A stretch of 35,370 nucleotides of DNA, taken from NCBI GenBank assembly GCA_000934665.2, contig JYFJ02004039.1, forward strand, positions 1 through 35,370, read 5' to 3'. A model generated the notes under the pieces. It ran no database searches and was not told the DNA's origin. It worked only from the letters and a program-made list of their open reading frames with translations. Made by a program: the position numbers and the translations under genes. This DNA comes from Catajapyx aquilonaris. Taxonomy: Eukaryota. Below, in pieces: positions 1-11,077 of this stretch; position 1 is the stretch's first letter; every line of letters starts with the position of its first letter.

Positions 1-287
1 TTGATGCAACAGAGTGATGGAATGTATGTTTACAGGCATGGGCTAGCTAGTTATGAACAAAAATCCCAAATCCCAGACCAAGGCTAGTTCCCCATTCTTG
101 GCATGTCCCGATCTCATTTTAAAGCCTGCTATATTTTCTTACAATTTTATTATTAACATTAGACAAGTTTCAATACTATAATTAAATAATTGTACATAGT
201 TGAAGGTATAAAACAACTTTTTTTAAACGATTTATTCATTTGACATGACCTTGCTGCATCACTCCAAAGTGTGTCCCGAGTTTTCCC

Positions 288-704
288 GGAAATAAAAGTT
301 CACACTCCTGGCTCATTTTTCTATGTCACAAAATAGCTTAAATATTTTGAAATAACTGTGATTCCATGGCATGAAGGGTCTTCTTGAACCCACAGAAATT
401 TCCAGAGTCAACGTTTGTTCTGGACCGTGATATTAATCCTAATCGATCCTAATGCATCCAAAGGTCAATTCTTCTGGCTCCCAAACTCCAGGAAATAAAA
501 AGTTCACACTCCTGGCTCATTTTTCTATGTCACAAAATAGCTTAAATGTTTTGAAATATCTGTGATTCCATGGAGTGAAGGGTCTTCTTGAACCCACCGA
601 AATCTCCATAGACAACGTTTGTTCTGGACCGTGATATTAATCCTATTGCATGCATAGGTCATTCTTCTGGCTCCCGAACTCCTGGAAATATTCACTCTCC
701 TGGC
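288..704. repeat. Tandem repeat, ~200-bp unit, 2 copies plus a partial third
   Basis: GGAAATAAAAGTTCACACTCCTGGCTCATTTTTCTATGTCACAAAATAGC... starts at 288 and 491, with a degenerate restart at 684; the copies differ by scattered substitutions and indels. Confidence 0.9.
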
Positions 705-855
705 ATTAGAATATCAGAATTAGTTCTCCATATTTTTCCCTGATTTGTGACCTCACATAGAGTAAGTGAGAATCTTTCCAGATTTTTACAACAAGTTTTG
801 AAATTCATTAATTCTTGCTTTGAAAATGGTAAGTTTTTGGAGAATCACCCATATA

Positions 856-1279
856 CAGGGTGTATCTGAACTCAGTGCCCCGACGTATATGACTGCCTTC
901 CTAGCCACCAGAGGATCGATTTAAGTATAGGAATCATTATGTTTGGCCGCCGCATTACGGAGTTACACTCTTTAGCGATTTTTGCCTAATCGCTCCTTCT
1001 GACTTTTAAATAGAATTTTCTGGTGTAACTAGCCAAAGAGGCCTTACCACCTGTGGGCAACAAACCAACAAAGTCCCGCCCCCAGACCTTCCAGAGCCTT
1101 CTGACTGGGGGAGGGTTCGATGGGTGGCCTAACCTACAGGATATTTTGTACTACATGTTTGCGGCCAATTATCTCCGTAATGCGGCGGCCAAACATAATG
1201 ATTCCTATACTTAAATCGATCCTCTGGTGGCTAGGAAGGCAGTCATATACGTCGGGGCACTGAGTTCAGATACACCCTG
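856..1279. mobile_element. Tc1/mariner-type MITE with perfect 107-bp TIRs and TA TSD
   Basis: 856-962 (CAGGGTGTATCTGAACTCAG...TTACGGAG) is the reverse complement of 1173-1279; TA at 854-855 and 1280-1281; no internal ORF. Confidence 0.93.
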
Positions 1280-1410
1280 TATACGGTTGGGTGATCTGTC
1301 GTAGAATTGACCATATCCGAAAGGTTCATCTGTTGCAAGATTGTTTCTTTGTTGGTGTTGTTTCTTTTTGCCTTAAACTGCCACCGACTGCCACTATTAG
1401 CAAGGAGGGC

Positions 1411-1560
1411 AGGACTGCATAGTGAAGTGGTTAGCGTCGCAACCTGCCACCTCTGAGGTTCCGAGGTCGATTCTTGGGTTGGGCGCAGAATTTTTCATAC
1501 CGAGAGATTTACGATATGTTCTCTCCGAATTCACGTGGGTTTTCTCCCACAATCTTCTAT
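1411..1560 (+). mobile_element. Degenerate tRNA-derived SINE
   Basis: A-box-like TAGTGAAGTGG and B-box-like GGTCGATTC at tRNA-like spacing, followed by a non-tRNA body; boundaries approximate. Confidence 0.55.
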
Positions 1561-4098
1561 CACAAAGCAGTCAATGATAAATGTAGGTTTTAAATAATAT
1601 GGAAGGCCCCTCTTCTGGAGTAATGAGGTCGGGCACGCTCTAGTCAGGACCTGTTCGTTTCTGACAACTGCTGCTCATGCGTGCAACATGCAAGATCAAG
1701 GCCAACCATAACATTTTGCAATAGGATGCCTCTACCAGTGCATAATATTTTTTGAAACCCCATTAAAGTCAATAGTCTTCAGAAATACACATGCGCGAAA
1801 CTTATTTTCGGACTTCCCTATTGGAAGGTGATCCTAATCGAGTTAGATGAGAAAGTGAAATTTTGTCGTGTCTATTCTGAAAGTGCTAGAATTCACATTT
1901 AAAATTCGTAATTTTGCTATTTTTCCCACTAGAAATAATTGCCACACGGGATTCTAGAAATCTTGAATAAGTTTGTCATTAATTTTGTCAAGCAATGATA
2001 GATGATGCCCGATTTTTAGAGTTGCATAGCTCTATGCGGAAGAACAACATAACTTACATTAATTTTTGGGGATGGTAGAGATCGTCTTGGCGATCATTTT
2101 ATCCTGTTGTTGACCTGCTCAGTATACTATAGTTGCCGAGATCATTATCGGCGGTCAAATAAAGAGTGCAGCATACCATCTGCTATGTCGCTGATACAGT
2201 CTATGACACTTACATGGCCTATGCCACTGGATGCTGCACCTAATGAGATCACATCTTCAATTTAAAGTCACAGTAACACATAAAATGAATAGAAAAAAGT
2301 AAAGTCGCGTGATGGGATGCATACCAGCCAGGATAGTTCATACATTGTGTTCGAAGCCCATATTCTCGGTAACAAGACTGCGCAGACCCATGATACCTAT
2401 ACAATGTAATGCACTTAAAATGATCACCTAGAACCCCTGTCCAATTACTGAAGTTTCGGGAAATTATTCTTCCTGACCCTGTATGTACAGTACTGTACAG
2501 TATACAATATTACGTAAAGGACAATGTGTTTGCTTGTATGGGTAGGTGTGTGCATTTTATGTCCGGAAATTCAAACTCTCTTCCAGACTGCCTGTACTGT
2601 AGGTCAAGCAATAGATAGCTAAAAGAATAGCTATGAAACATCAGGGAAAACCCCCCAAAACCCCAAATGTTTTTGTATTAGAGCACCATTTTTGGGCAGA
2701 TGGAAGACTCCCAAATCTCCCACGCTATCTATGATATAATATCATTGTATGGGAACTTCCAGCATATTTACCTCCAACTCGACCTATGACACATTCAGGA
2801 ACTTTACGAGGACTTCTCACTCCAGGGGTAATCACAAGCCATTAGCTTCTCACCCACCCACTGAATCCAAGACCCAAACCGCCACGCCGAGCCTGGAAGA
2901 GGCGGATTTGGAGAATACGCGACCGATAGTTCGGAGGTAGTTGGCCCCAGGGATTAAAGGCCGATCGGTCATGACCCTGAGGAAGTATTGTTGATTAGTT
3001 AATTGGGATCAGGCGTTCTGGCTCCGGAGGACCTTACCCCCGCCTCACCTTTGGAATCATAACCTAGCAACGAGAGCTCAGAAAAGGGAGAGAGCTCAAG
3101 AGTAATGTACAGTACGCAGTATACGGTACAGTATAACGGAAAGATAGGACTTTGGGAGGAAACTGTAGAATCCCGAGAAAACCTCTCGAAACTCTTTCCA
3201 CATGAGAAGATCCTTAGCTGTCAGCCTCTACACCACCATGGTTCAGTGATTTTGTCATTACTCTGGGGATCACGGGTGAGTCCCTTTATTTAAAAACGTT
3301 ACTCAGTTTTAGACCTTTTCTCATCATCGAAAAAAGTCTTATAGAATGGCTCTGTCCGTCCGTCCGTCTGTGGACAGGTATCAGGGCCTTAACCGCAAGA
3401 AATAGCGGCAAACAGTTTTCGGATTCTGATTAACCTCTTCGCTACCAGCTAGGCCAAAAACGCCTACATTTTCGCTGGCGCGTACTCGGAAGATACGGAC
3501 AAGACATTTTGCAAATAATATCAGCTATATTTACCCGTTAAGGGAAAACACTATGAATGTGTTTGGAACAATTTTGCTCGTCTAGAAGTCTCGAAGTATA
3601 TTTTGAAAAAGAGCGCTGTAAAAGCCTGAAATTCTAGTACTACCGCCTACCAGCCAATTGTTAGAAAATCGCCTAGATTTTCCCCTGCACGTACTCTGAA
3701 GATAAAAACGAGATATTTTACGAATAATAACAGTTATACTTATACACGTTCTTGGAAAATACTATGAATGTGTTTGTAACAATTTTCCTCGTCTAGAACT
3801 ACCTAAATTAATTATCAAAAATATCGCTGTAAAACTTCGATATCCAAGTACTACTGGCCAACTGTTGGGCTGATTTCACTATAACATAACATACATTAAA
3901 ATATAAGGAACCTTATTGAGAACCATGCAAGAAGAACGTGCTGAAATCGTCGTACTTCTCGTGAATTAAATTAACTCTTATCTGCTGCTTGCTGGAACTT
4001 CGGAAAGCTGTATTTGTCGCGAAGTATACAACGATTTCAGCAAATCCGTCTGGCACGGTTCTCAAGGTAGATGTTCCGAATATATTTCATAATATTAA

Positions 4099-4223
4099 GG
4101 GCCGGTTTCACCGAGCTCAGTATATGATAAAACCAGGGTATTTCTCAAAATCCCTATCTATTTGTATGGATTTTCCTAAAGAAACCTGGTTTTATCATAT
4201 ACCAAGCTCGGTGAAACCGGCCC
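4099..4223. mobile_element. PIF/Harbinger-like MITE, copy A
   Basis: TIRs GGGCCGGTTTCACCGAGCTC...TATATGATAAAACCAGG; TAA at 4096-4098 and 4224-4226. Confidence 0.85.
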
Positions 4224-4226
4224 TAA

Positions 4227-4356
4227 GGGGCGGTTTCACCGAGCCCAGGTATATGATAAAACCAGGTTTCTTTAGGAAAATCCATACAAATATGTAGGGA
4301 TTTTCCGAAAGAACCTTATTGGTTTTATCATATACCGAGCTCGGTGAAACCGGCCC
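4227..4356. mobile_element. PIF/Harbinger-like MITE, copy B (opposite orientation to A)
   Basis: Same TIRs; internal spacer is the reverse complement of copy A's; TAA at 4224-4226 and 4357-4359. Confidence 0.85.
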
Positions 4357-5255
4357 TAAATCAGCCTAACAGTTAGTCAGTAGAACTTGGATATCGAGGT
4401 TTTACAGCGATATTTTTGAAAATTAATTTAGGAACTTCTAGACGATGAAAATATTGTTCCGAACACATTAATAGTATTTTACAAGAACGTGTAAGTATAA
4501 CTGTTATTATTTGTAAAATATCTTGGTTTTATCTTCAGGGTAAGTGTAAACGAAAATCTAGGCATTGCCTAACAGTTGGCCGGTAGTAGGCTAATCGAAT
4601 TTTAAGCTTTTACAGCTATCTTTTCTAAAAATTTACTTCGAGACTACTTCTAGACGAGTAAAATTGTTCCAAATACATTCATAGAGTTTTCCCTGAACGG
4701 GTAAGTGTAGCTGATATTATTTTTTGTAAAATATCTTGTCCGTACCTTTAGAGTACGCGCCTGCAAAAATTTAGGCGTTTTTGGCCTAGCTGGTAGCGAA
4801 GGGGTTAATAGTGACCAAAGCAGTCGTCATGGTAAACTTCCGATGACACGCTACTTCCGGTTTTCCGGGTTCACTTTATCCGCACAAGTCTACTGACTAC
4901 TTTACGGGTGAGTTATCGTTGGATTTCGAAGTTAGTTTCCGTGGATTTCTGACCATTTTGTGTGTCGGGGATTTACCCTGCATTTTACCTGGCGATGGCG
5001 CTATGGCACAGGGGGCTGTGGAATTATTTCCTGAAGTTGGACCGGTTTGCGATGCGAGTCCTCGGCCGCCATGATGTCATCGCCCAAGTCTATACTGGAA
5101 TCTATACGATGTCTACATTAAGATATATCGATTCAACCTGTGACCTGTGATAATAATACAGGTATGTTACTTTCTTGGTAAAAATTTCCCATAAAGTTTC
5201 ATACTTGAAAGAATAAGAAAAAATCAACTACAATCACGCTATCGTGATTTGCCAA

Positions 5256-5345
5256 TCTATGTATATTATTAATAGGCCTACCCGACTGTGATGGAAACCC
5301 TCCCGTAGCGTGGGGCCTACAGCTGCATTGGGAGTGATCGAAGGA
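5256..5345 (+). repeat. Dispersed repeat fragment, possibly a Helitron 5' end, copy 1
   Basis: A|TCTAT..TATTATTAATA..CCCGACTGT...CTCCCG...TTGGGAGTG shared with 6586-6670. Confidence 0.45.
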
Positions 5346-5828
5346 ATATTTGTGATGTTGTAAAATAAACAAGATTTTTAAGCCCGACAGTAAACGTCTA
5401 AAGCGATTTGATGCGATAACGGAAGCATTTAATTAAATGCAGTTACTAAGTAGGCAATCGTTTGTCGTATCGTGGCTGGTATGAAGCTAGTTTTAATTCA
5501 TACTTCATCTGGGAGATAATGCGCAAGTAATCTAGAGAGCAGCAGGCTCATTTGAGGATGAGAACTAACAATAATGGTGATTGGAGGAATAATGCCCTAT
5601 ATAGCACACAACAATACTCTTCTGAATCGCTCCCGCCTTGTTTATTTACGTTGCAGAGCTAGGTTTATCTTCTGGCCAACTTGTCCATATCGGAGAGAGG
5701 TATAAAGGTACATTTTTTAATTTACTTGAACATAATGTAATCGGATTTACACATCATTTTCACCTATTTTTTACTTAAGAGTCTATTCCACCAAGTGAGC
5801 CCGAGGCCGACCTGGTAGGCCTACTATG

Positions 5829-6415
5829 TAGTAAAACTTATATAAGTCGAATCTCCATGGGACCGGGAAAAAACTTCCAGTTAGAGAAGCTTGGAATTTT
5901 TAAGCACATAACTCTATAAACAAGCCTATACCTTTATATCCAGCGACGAAAGGTGTTCACAACTTTAAAATAACTGTCACTATCACTCTTACAATGTTCC
6001 TCGTTGTTTTGTTGTAAAAAATCTCCGTTATGGACATTTGTCTACTCTGAGATTCAAGGATTCAATTGTCACAATCGAGTCAAACACTTCTTTCGGTACG
6101 TCTGGTAGACGGAGATCAGGAAATTGAGCCTTTCTGTACATGTGGCCTACTCTCGACCCTTCGGCTGGGAAATGAGGAAATTTCCCGTACTCGCCAACAT
6201 GAACATCGACTTAGAGAGACTGAAAATGCATTGATATCCCATCATAAGGCCCTGCCTGCACTTCGAGTTATGGAGAACTTCGAGTTATAGAAATTCGAGT
6301 TAGGGAAGTTTATTTCCTATTATTTTACATTGTGACCAACCAAACTCATCATTTTCTTCGACTTATAGAGAACTTCGACTTAGGGAAGTTCGACTTATAG
6401 AAGTTTTACTTACTG
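5829..6415. mobile_element. Degenerate pogo/Tc1-like MITE with subterminal tandem repeats
   Basis: AGTAAAACTTATATAAGTCGAA (5830) pairs with TTCGACTTATAGAAGTTTTACT..CTG|TA (to 6415); several TTCGA(C/G)TTA repeats at 6262-6400. Confidence 0.65.
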
Positions 6416-6585
6416 TAGACCTACTGTACTGTACAGGGTCGTGAGCCATATATTATCTGATGACTGGTTATGTTGTGATTCGATTGCGACTGTGAGATTT
6501 GCAAAGTTTGCGTTTGATTTTTCACAATGCGTTATACTGCATTAGTTGTCATCTACGTATTTATGTGTGTCATATTTTAAGCCTA

Positions 6586-6670
6586 TCTATATTATTAATA
6601 CCCGACTGTTCCCATAACTCCTCCCGCACCGTATGGCCTATACAGCGTTGGGAGTGGTCTCAAAATTTTG
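6586..6670 (+). repeat. Dispersed repeat fragment, possibly a Helitron 5' end, copy 2
   Basis: Homologous to 5256-5345. Confidence 0.45.
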
Positions 6671-6749
6671 CCCGCGTTTTCTAGATTTGCAATAAACTTT
6701 TGTTTTTTGGAAACACTGCCCAGAGACTTCGTAAAACGCAATGTTTGCA

Positions 6750-7190
6750 ATTTTTGGACTGGCGCGCAGCAACTCGTGGGCAGCAGTTTTCATCTTCTGA
6801 TCTGTTGAATTTCTAGCCACTGAGATGTCCTTTTATTGAGCCAGAAATGTGATAATCCGACGAATCCAGGTCTGGTGAATATGGAGGATCAGGCATGCAT
6901 CCCAGATGCAGATTTTCTACAAGATAGGTTCCACTGTCGCACGAGCAGTATGGGGCTGGGTATTGTCATGGAGAAGAAGCACACCTTTTGTCAAGAGCAC
7001 GCGTCGTTTCATTCTGATGGCCGGCTTCAGATGGTTGCACATAGTCTGCATAGTTGGCACCAGTCACTGTATAGTCCCTTTGGAAAAGTATAGTAGGCCA
7101 CAAAAGTAATGAACCCATGTGGTCCCTGAAAAGTGTCTGCATGACTTTCCCAGCAGACGTCTGGTCACGGAATTATTTTTTTCGGAGACT
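6750..7190 (-). pseudogene. Decayed mariner (DD34D-type) transposase, catalytic domain fragment
   Basis: Minus-strand translation with frameshifts and stops: ...TSAGKVMQTLF..., LKPAIRMKRRVLLTKGVLLLHDNTQPHTARAT (HDN at ~6962-6970), PPYSPDLDSSDYHISGSIKGHLSG* (PYSPDL at 6867-6884). These match the mariner HDNARPH and YSPDLAPSD motifs. Confidence 0.9.
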
Positions 7191-7560
7191 TTTGTATACT
7201 GTACACTACTAACTTGTAGGCACGTGGTCGGGAGATGTAGGCAGAACTGTTGACCCTATTTTGAATCGCCCTCTATTTTCATAGATTTTTTATGCTTATG
7301 TTTATGCTTATACTGTAAACAGCCCGGCTAGCCTACAAACGGATATACAATGCTGCAGTGATTTTTGTGCCGTTTCTAGCTATCATACATCATAACGACG
7401 AGGGTAAAATGATTTTGAGCTGATCCATCTATTTTTAAAAAAATGCAATACTGATAGAACATAGGGAGTGCAGCCGACCTTGCCGTCACGCTTGAAATCC
7501 GTAATAACATCCTGCTGAAAATTATAGTGGCTACTGAATCTAATTGTTAAAATGTACAAA

Positions 7561-7668
7561 TAATATAATAGTGAATACTATAGTAGGGTATTCACTATTA
7601 TATTACCCACGACTGCGGCTAGCAATTTTTAAATATATTTAAAAAAAAATGCTAGCCGCAGTCGTGGG
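7561..7668. repeat. Two abutting palindromes (7561-7605 and 7606-7668)
   Basis: TAATATAATAGTGAATAC/GTATTCACTATTATATTA (18-bp arms), immediately followed by CCCACGACTGCGGCTAGCA..AAATATATTT..TGCTAGCCGCAGTCGTGGG. Confidence 0.92.
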
Positions 7669-8066
7669 TGTCACATCCAGGGTGACGTATATTTTTTAGG
7701 GGGTGGCGGAAATATAAAGGCCGCAAACCAGTGATATGCTTTTAGAATGTCACCATTGTACTGTAATTCTTGTGGGCCAAATATTCACATTCATATCAAT
7801 ATTTTGTGCTGTTCCCAGATGCAGCCCCAGTAACACACTGAAATAATTACACGATGCACTGTACATTGAATTTGGCAGTGTGAGTTGACGCACTTGATGC
7901 ATAAATGCGTGCCTGTGTAATGTGACACTATGTGTAAAATTACGCACTAAAGTATGTAAAATTATGCACTGAAGTGTGGTAAAAATACACTCCATATGCA
8001 TTCAGTTAATTATTAATGCAAGAGTGTATTCTTTCAATTTAAGTGCAGAGTTTTGCACATAATTTA

Positions 8067-8506
8067 GGGCCGATTTCACCGAGCTCATCCGAGTTTCTTT
8101 TCGAAAAATCTTCAGTTATCGTTGTTGACAACAATGGTTGCTATGGCAATTCTTGTTCTAAGTAACCAGCTAATCACGCCCGTTCCATTGGTACCACGGG
8201 TACCACATTTGGTGGACCTTATGAGGGAACCATAGGCTGACCTTTGTTGACCCCATGTTGACTTCAAACCCTCATAAGTCGAGAATGCGTGGCGGACTGC
8301 CGCTAATATTTGGCTCGAATCTTAGCTATGATTAGACCTTTCAGAAAATATATTTCACTAAGGCATTCAGGATTTCCCAAAAAGAATGTTTACTCTTGAG
8401 CTCGGTGAAACCGGCCCTAACAACCATTGTTGTCAACAATGAAAACTGCGGATTTTTCGGGAAAAAATCGGATTTATAATATACTGAAGCTCGGTGAAAC
8501 CGGCCC
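8067..8506. mobile_element. PIF/Harbinger-like MITE of the same TIR family as 4099-4356, with an extra internal right TIR
   Basis: GGGCCGATTTCACCGAGCTC at 8067 (preceded by TTA); AGCTCGGTGAAACCGGCCC-TAA ends at both 8417 and 8506; subterminal TTGTTGACAACAATGGTTG pairs with CAACCATTGTTGTCAACAA. Confidence 0.8.
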
Positions 8507-8669
8507 TAAGTATCATTATACACCGATAATGCGTAAACGTACACACACCAATAAGTTTTCAGTCAAACTTCAAATTTTCTTAAAAATTCATCTCCCCACT
8601 TCCCCCCCCCCCCCCAACACCCTTCATTTGACAACTGATTAAACAAGCCCCAGTTGCACATGAAACAAT

Positions 8670-9236
8670 CCCCCTATCCCAGACGTATGAAATCACCAAT
8701 CACCACGTCCCCAAATGCCCCCGGGCACTTCCTCCCTCCCCATCCTCCCCCACAGGCTGCATGACTCCCGGCCATTCCATCCCAGCCATTCTCCCACCCC
8801 TCTCTGTTGTAGTGCTCGTATGAATCATTGCGCATGGATTCCAGCGTTCTTGGTTTCGATCGGGGTAGGGACCTTGTCGAGCACGTGGGAAAAGGCGAAC
8901 TGGGCGAAACCCCAGGCTCCACAGGCACGGTTGGACATTCCCCGCTCTGTAGCTCACCGGGTAGGAAGGGAACGGAAGAGTTTAGCGGAAGGAACGGAGG
9001 AACCAGGGGCCATTCATCTCCCCCCCTCTACTAGAAGCTCCTCCACTCTGACCAACTCTGACTCATCTCTATTACTACTCCCCCACCGTCCCTTGATCCT
9101 TCCACTCATTCCACACGGTGCAGGGGGATCGCGTGGATTTTGCCACACATTCATACACCAAAAAAATTTGGCAGAGGGTACTGGCCGCAGTGGACGTTCA
9201 ACTCTTGTCTGCCCTTAGGGTAGGGGCAGACAAAAA
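8670..9236 (+). mobile_element. Probable non-LTR retroposon 3'-UTR fragment
   Basis: GC/C-rich island ending in a 13-bp stem-loop TTGTCTGCCCTTA-GGG-TAGGGGCAGACAA (9205-9233) and a short A run; no TSD found; 5' boundary approximate. Confidence 0.35.
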
Positions 9237-9549
9237 CATTGGTTGTTGGAGTTTAAAAAAAAAATGTAAATAAGGTTAGTCAAAAAGCATCCATGCCGGG
9301 TTTGTTGTGATTGTGCGCGGAGTGTGGTTGTTACTGACAGTTGGTGATGGTTGCTGATGGTGCTCTACTGGTAAGCCACCTGGGTTATTTTTCGTGGAAT
9401 AATATTGTTGCAAGGAGATGGATTCTTGTGTTTTATGAAATTGCTCGAAAAAGCTCATTTTGTATATTGGATTTGTATGCTGTAAATGGAATCATATTTC
9501 ATCTTCTTGTTATGGTCCCAAAACTTATTTGAAATAAGTTTTCTCTCAC

Positions 9550-9742
9550 ATGAGGAGGCGTTTTCTGTCGTTTTTGACGTAACACTACTATTAAAATCTT
9601 CAAGTAAAGGCGTATCTAATGAGCCAAAGAACCAGATCGAAATAGGTGATTTCGATCTGGTTCTTTGGCTCATTAGATACGCCTTTACTTGACGATTTTA
9701 ATAGTAGTGTTACGTCAAAAACGACAAAAAACGCCTCCTCAT
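9550..9742. mobile_element. Palindromic MITE or foldback element, 94-bp arms, 5-bp spacer
   Basis: 9550-9643 is the near-perfect reverse complement of 9649-9742 (spacer AGGTG); the flanks of the TGAGG...CCTCA core read CA and TA, compatible with a mutated TA TSD. Confidence 0.85.
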
Positions 9743-9788
9743 ACAACTCCCAGATGCCGCATGTTATACGTATTTAGTAGCACCCGCT

Positions 9789-9827
9789 CGCAATAATAAC
9801 AGTTATATTATAAATGTTATTATTGCG
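9789..9827. repeat. 39-bp near-perfect palindrome
   Basis: CGCAATAATAACA-G-TTATA-T-TATAA-A-TGTTATTATTGCG. Confidence 0.75.
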
Positions 9828-10859
9828 AAGGTATTCGACTGACCACTAACCGAAATCCACAATAATAATACGACCGATACTTCACGGTTCAGGGCACAGG
9901 CGGAAAAAGCGTGAGAGAGTTGGCCTATTTTTATTATCGTAAAATCTTACCGCACTAACAAATGTGGAGGAAGTAAATTATTGCCAGATATTTGTATAGA
10001 CTTGTAATAAAAATTGGTATAGACACGGTGATTATTCTAACTGGATACCCAGAGTTATTATGAAATAACGTGGTTTAGACATGTGGGTCTGTTTCCGTCA
10101 TTGGGTGATTCCAGGACAAGTGAATAACAATGAAAAGCTCCCCACATCACACAACAACCCCGTCCATTTTTCAGAGAAAATTGGCGTGTGGCCTTGTCAT
10201 GACGAAACATGATCTGATGAAATTTTTGAGCTTCCTCGGGTTCAAAGGTTCATATAGCTATAGCTCTGCTCAAAATGATGAAAATCGGCTAAAGCGCTCA
10301 ACGCCATGTTACAGATCAGCTTAATATACCATACGTATATCCTACAGCTATAACTTTTAGGGCAAAAAGTTTTACAGTGCGTAGTATTTCCATGGTGATA
10401 TTGAAAAATTATTAATCTCTGTAAACTAAAATCTACAGCTTTATAAATAATTACGCGGCCTCGCGAGATAGACAAATTAGAAAAAAAAAAGTTGAGCATC
10501 AATCTAATGTTCCCTTTGCAGGTTCGTAACTTGCAGTTTAGCATATGCTCAGGAAATATATCATATTGATATTCCATATTATTTTTCGGAATATATCTAC
10601 CGGAAGATCCGTGGATCGAAAGCGCAGGTTGCCTATTGCTATTTTAAAAGTCCCTAGTTTATGTGACACTCTAAAATTTATGTCTTGCTACTTCTGCAAA
10701 GTGCATGTTCCTCCAAAAAAAAAAAAAAAATCTCATCAAAATTTTAGCTATGGCCGGGTAGATATTAACTGAGATATCAGCTGCCTGGGCAGTAACGTTA
10801 ACACTGAGAAATTTTCGCCCATTTTTGGCCTCACCATTGAATCCGAAGAATACCCCGTT

Positions 10860-11077
10860 CAAGCTCATAAGACACAGCTGAGATACCGCCTTATCTTAAA
10901 ACCAACCACCCCAACCCAATCGAAATAAACATGGCGATGAGACGCTCGCAAAGACGTGGAGTTGTCATACGATAATTTCCTAGGTATCTCCTGTCAACTC
11001 CACGTCTTTGCGGTCTTATCCCCCTAAGTTATCGCATTTAGAGTTGGTATTAATATAAGCCCTGGCTTATGAGTTTG
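10860..11077. mobile_element. Old MITE-like element with central hairpin
   Basis: Outer CAAGCTCATAAG/CTTATGAGTTTG; inner perfect 18-bp arms CGCAAAGACGTGGAGTTG (10947-10964) and CAACTCCACGTCTTTGCG (10995-11012). Confidence 0.6.

Larger units (their letters stand above)
3434..4804. mobile_element. piggyBac-like non-autonomous foldback element
   Basis: TTAA at 3430-3433 and 4805-4808; termini CCTCTTCGCTACCAGCTAGGCCAAAAACGCCTA / TAGGCGTTTTTGGCCTAGCTGGTAGCGAAGGGG; imperfect inverted arms over 500 bp, each with an internal ~190-bp tandem duplication. Confidence 0.88.
3307..5250 (+). mobile_element. Helentron/DINE-1-like non-autonomous element, host of the 3434-4804 insertion
   Basis: 5' T-run, then a short inverted repeat AGACCTTTTC/GAAAAAAGTCT and a (GTCC)n microsatellite at 3351-3369. 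Candidate 3' subterminal repeat AGAAAAAATC followed by stem-loop AATCACG-CTAT-CGTGATT (5232-5249). The 3' end is inferred. Confidence 0.4.

Noticed and set aside
288..704. Tandem repeat as a CRISPR-like array
   Set aside because: Two ~200-bp units with no unique spacers, eukaryotic context, no cas genes.
2749..3080. GC-richer block and 63-aa ORF, possibly a retroelement 5' UTR or ribozyme
   Set aside because: No recognisable protein; I could not fold a hammerhead or HDV core or find a TSD.
8715..9218. 167-aa ORF and overlapping ORFs
   Set aside because: Low-complexity translation of a GC-rich repeat; no domain or splice support.
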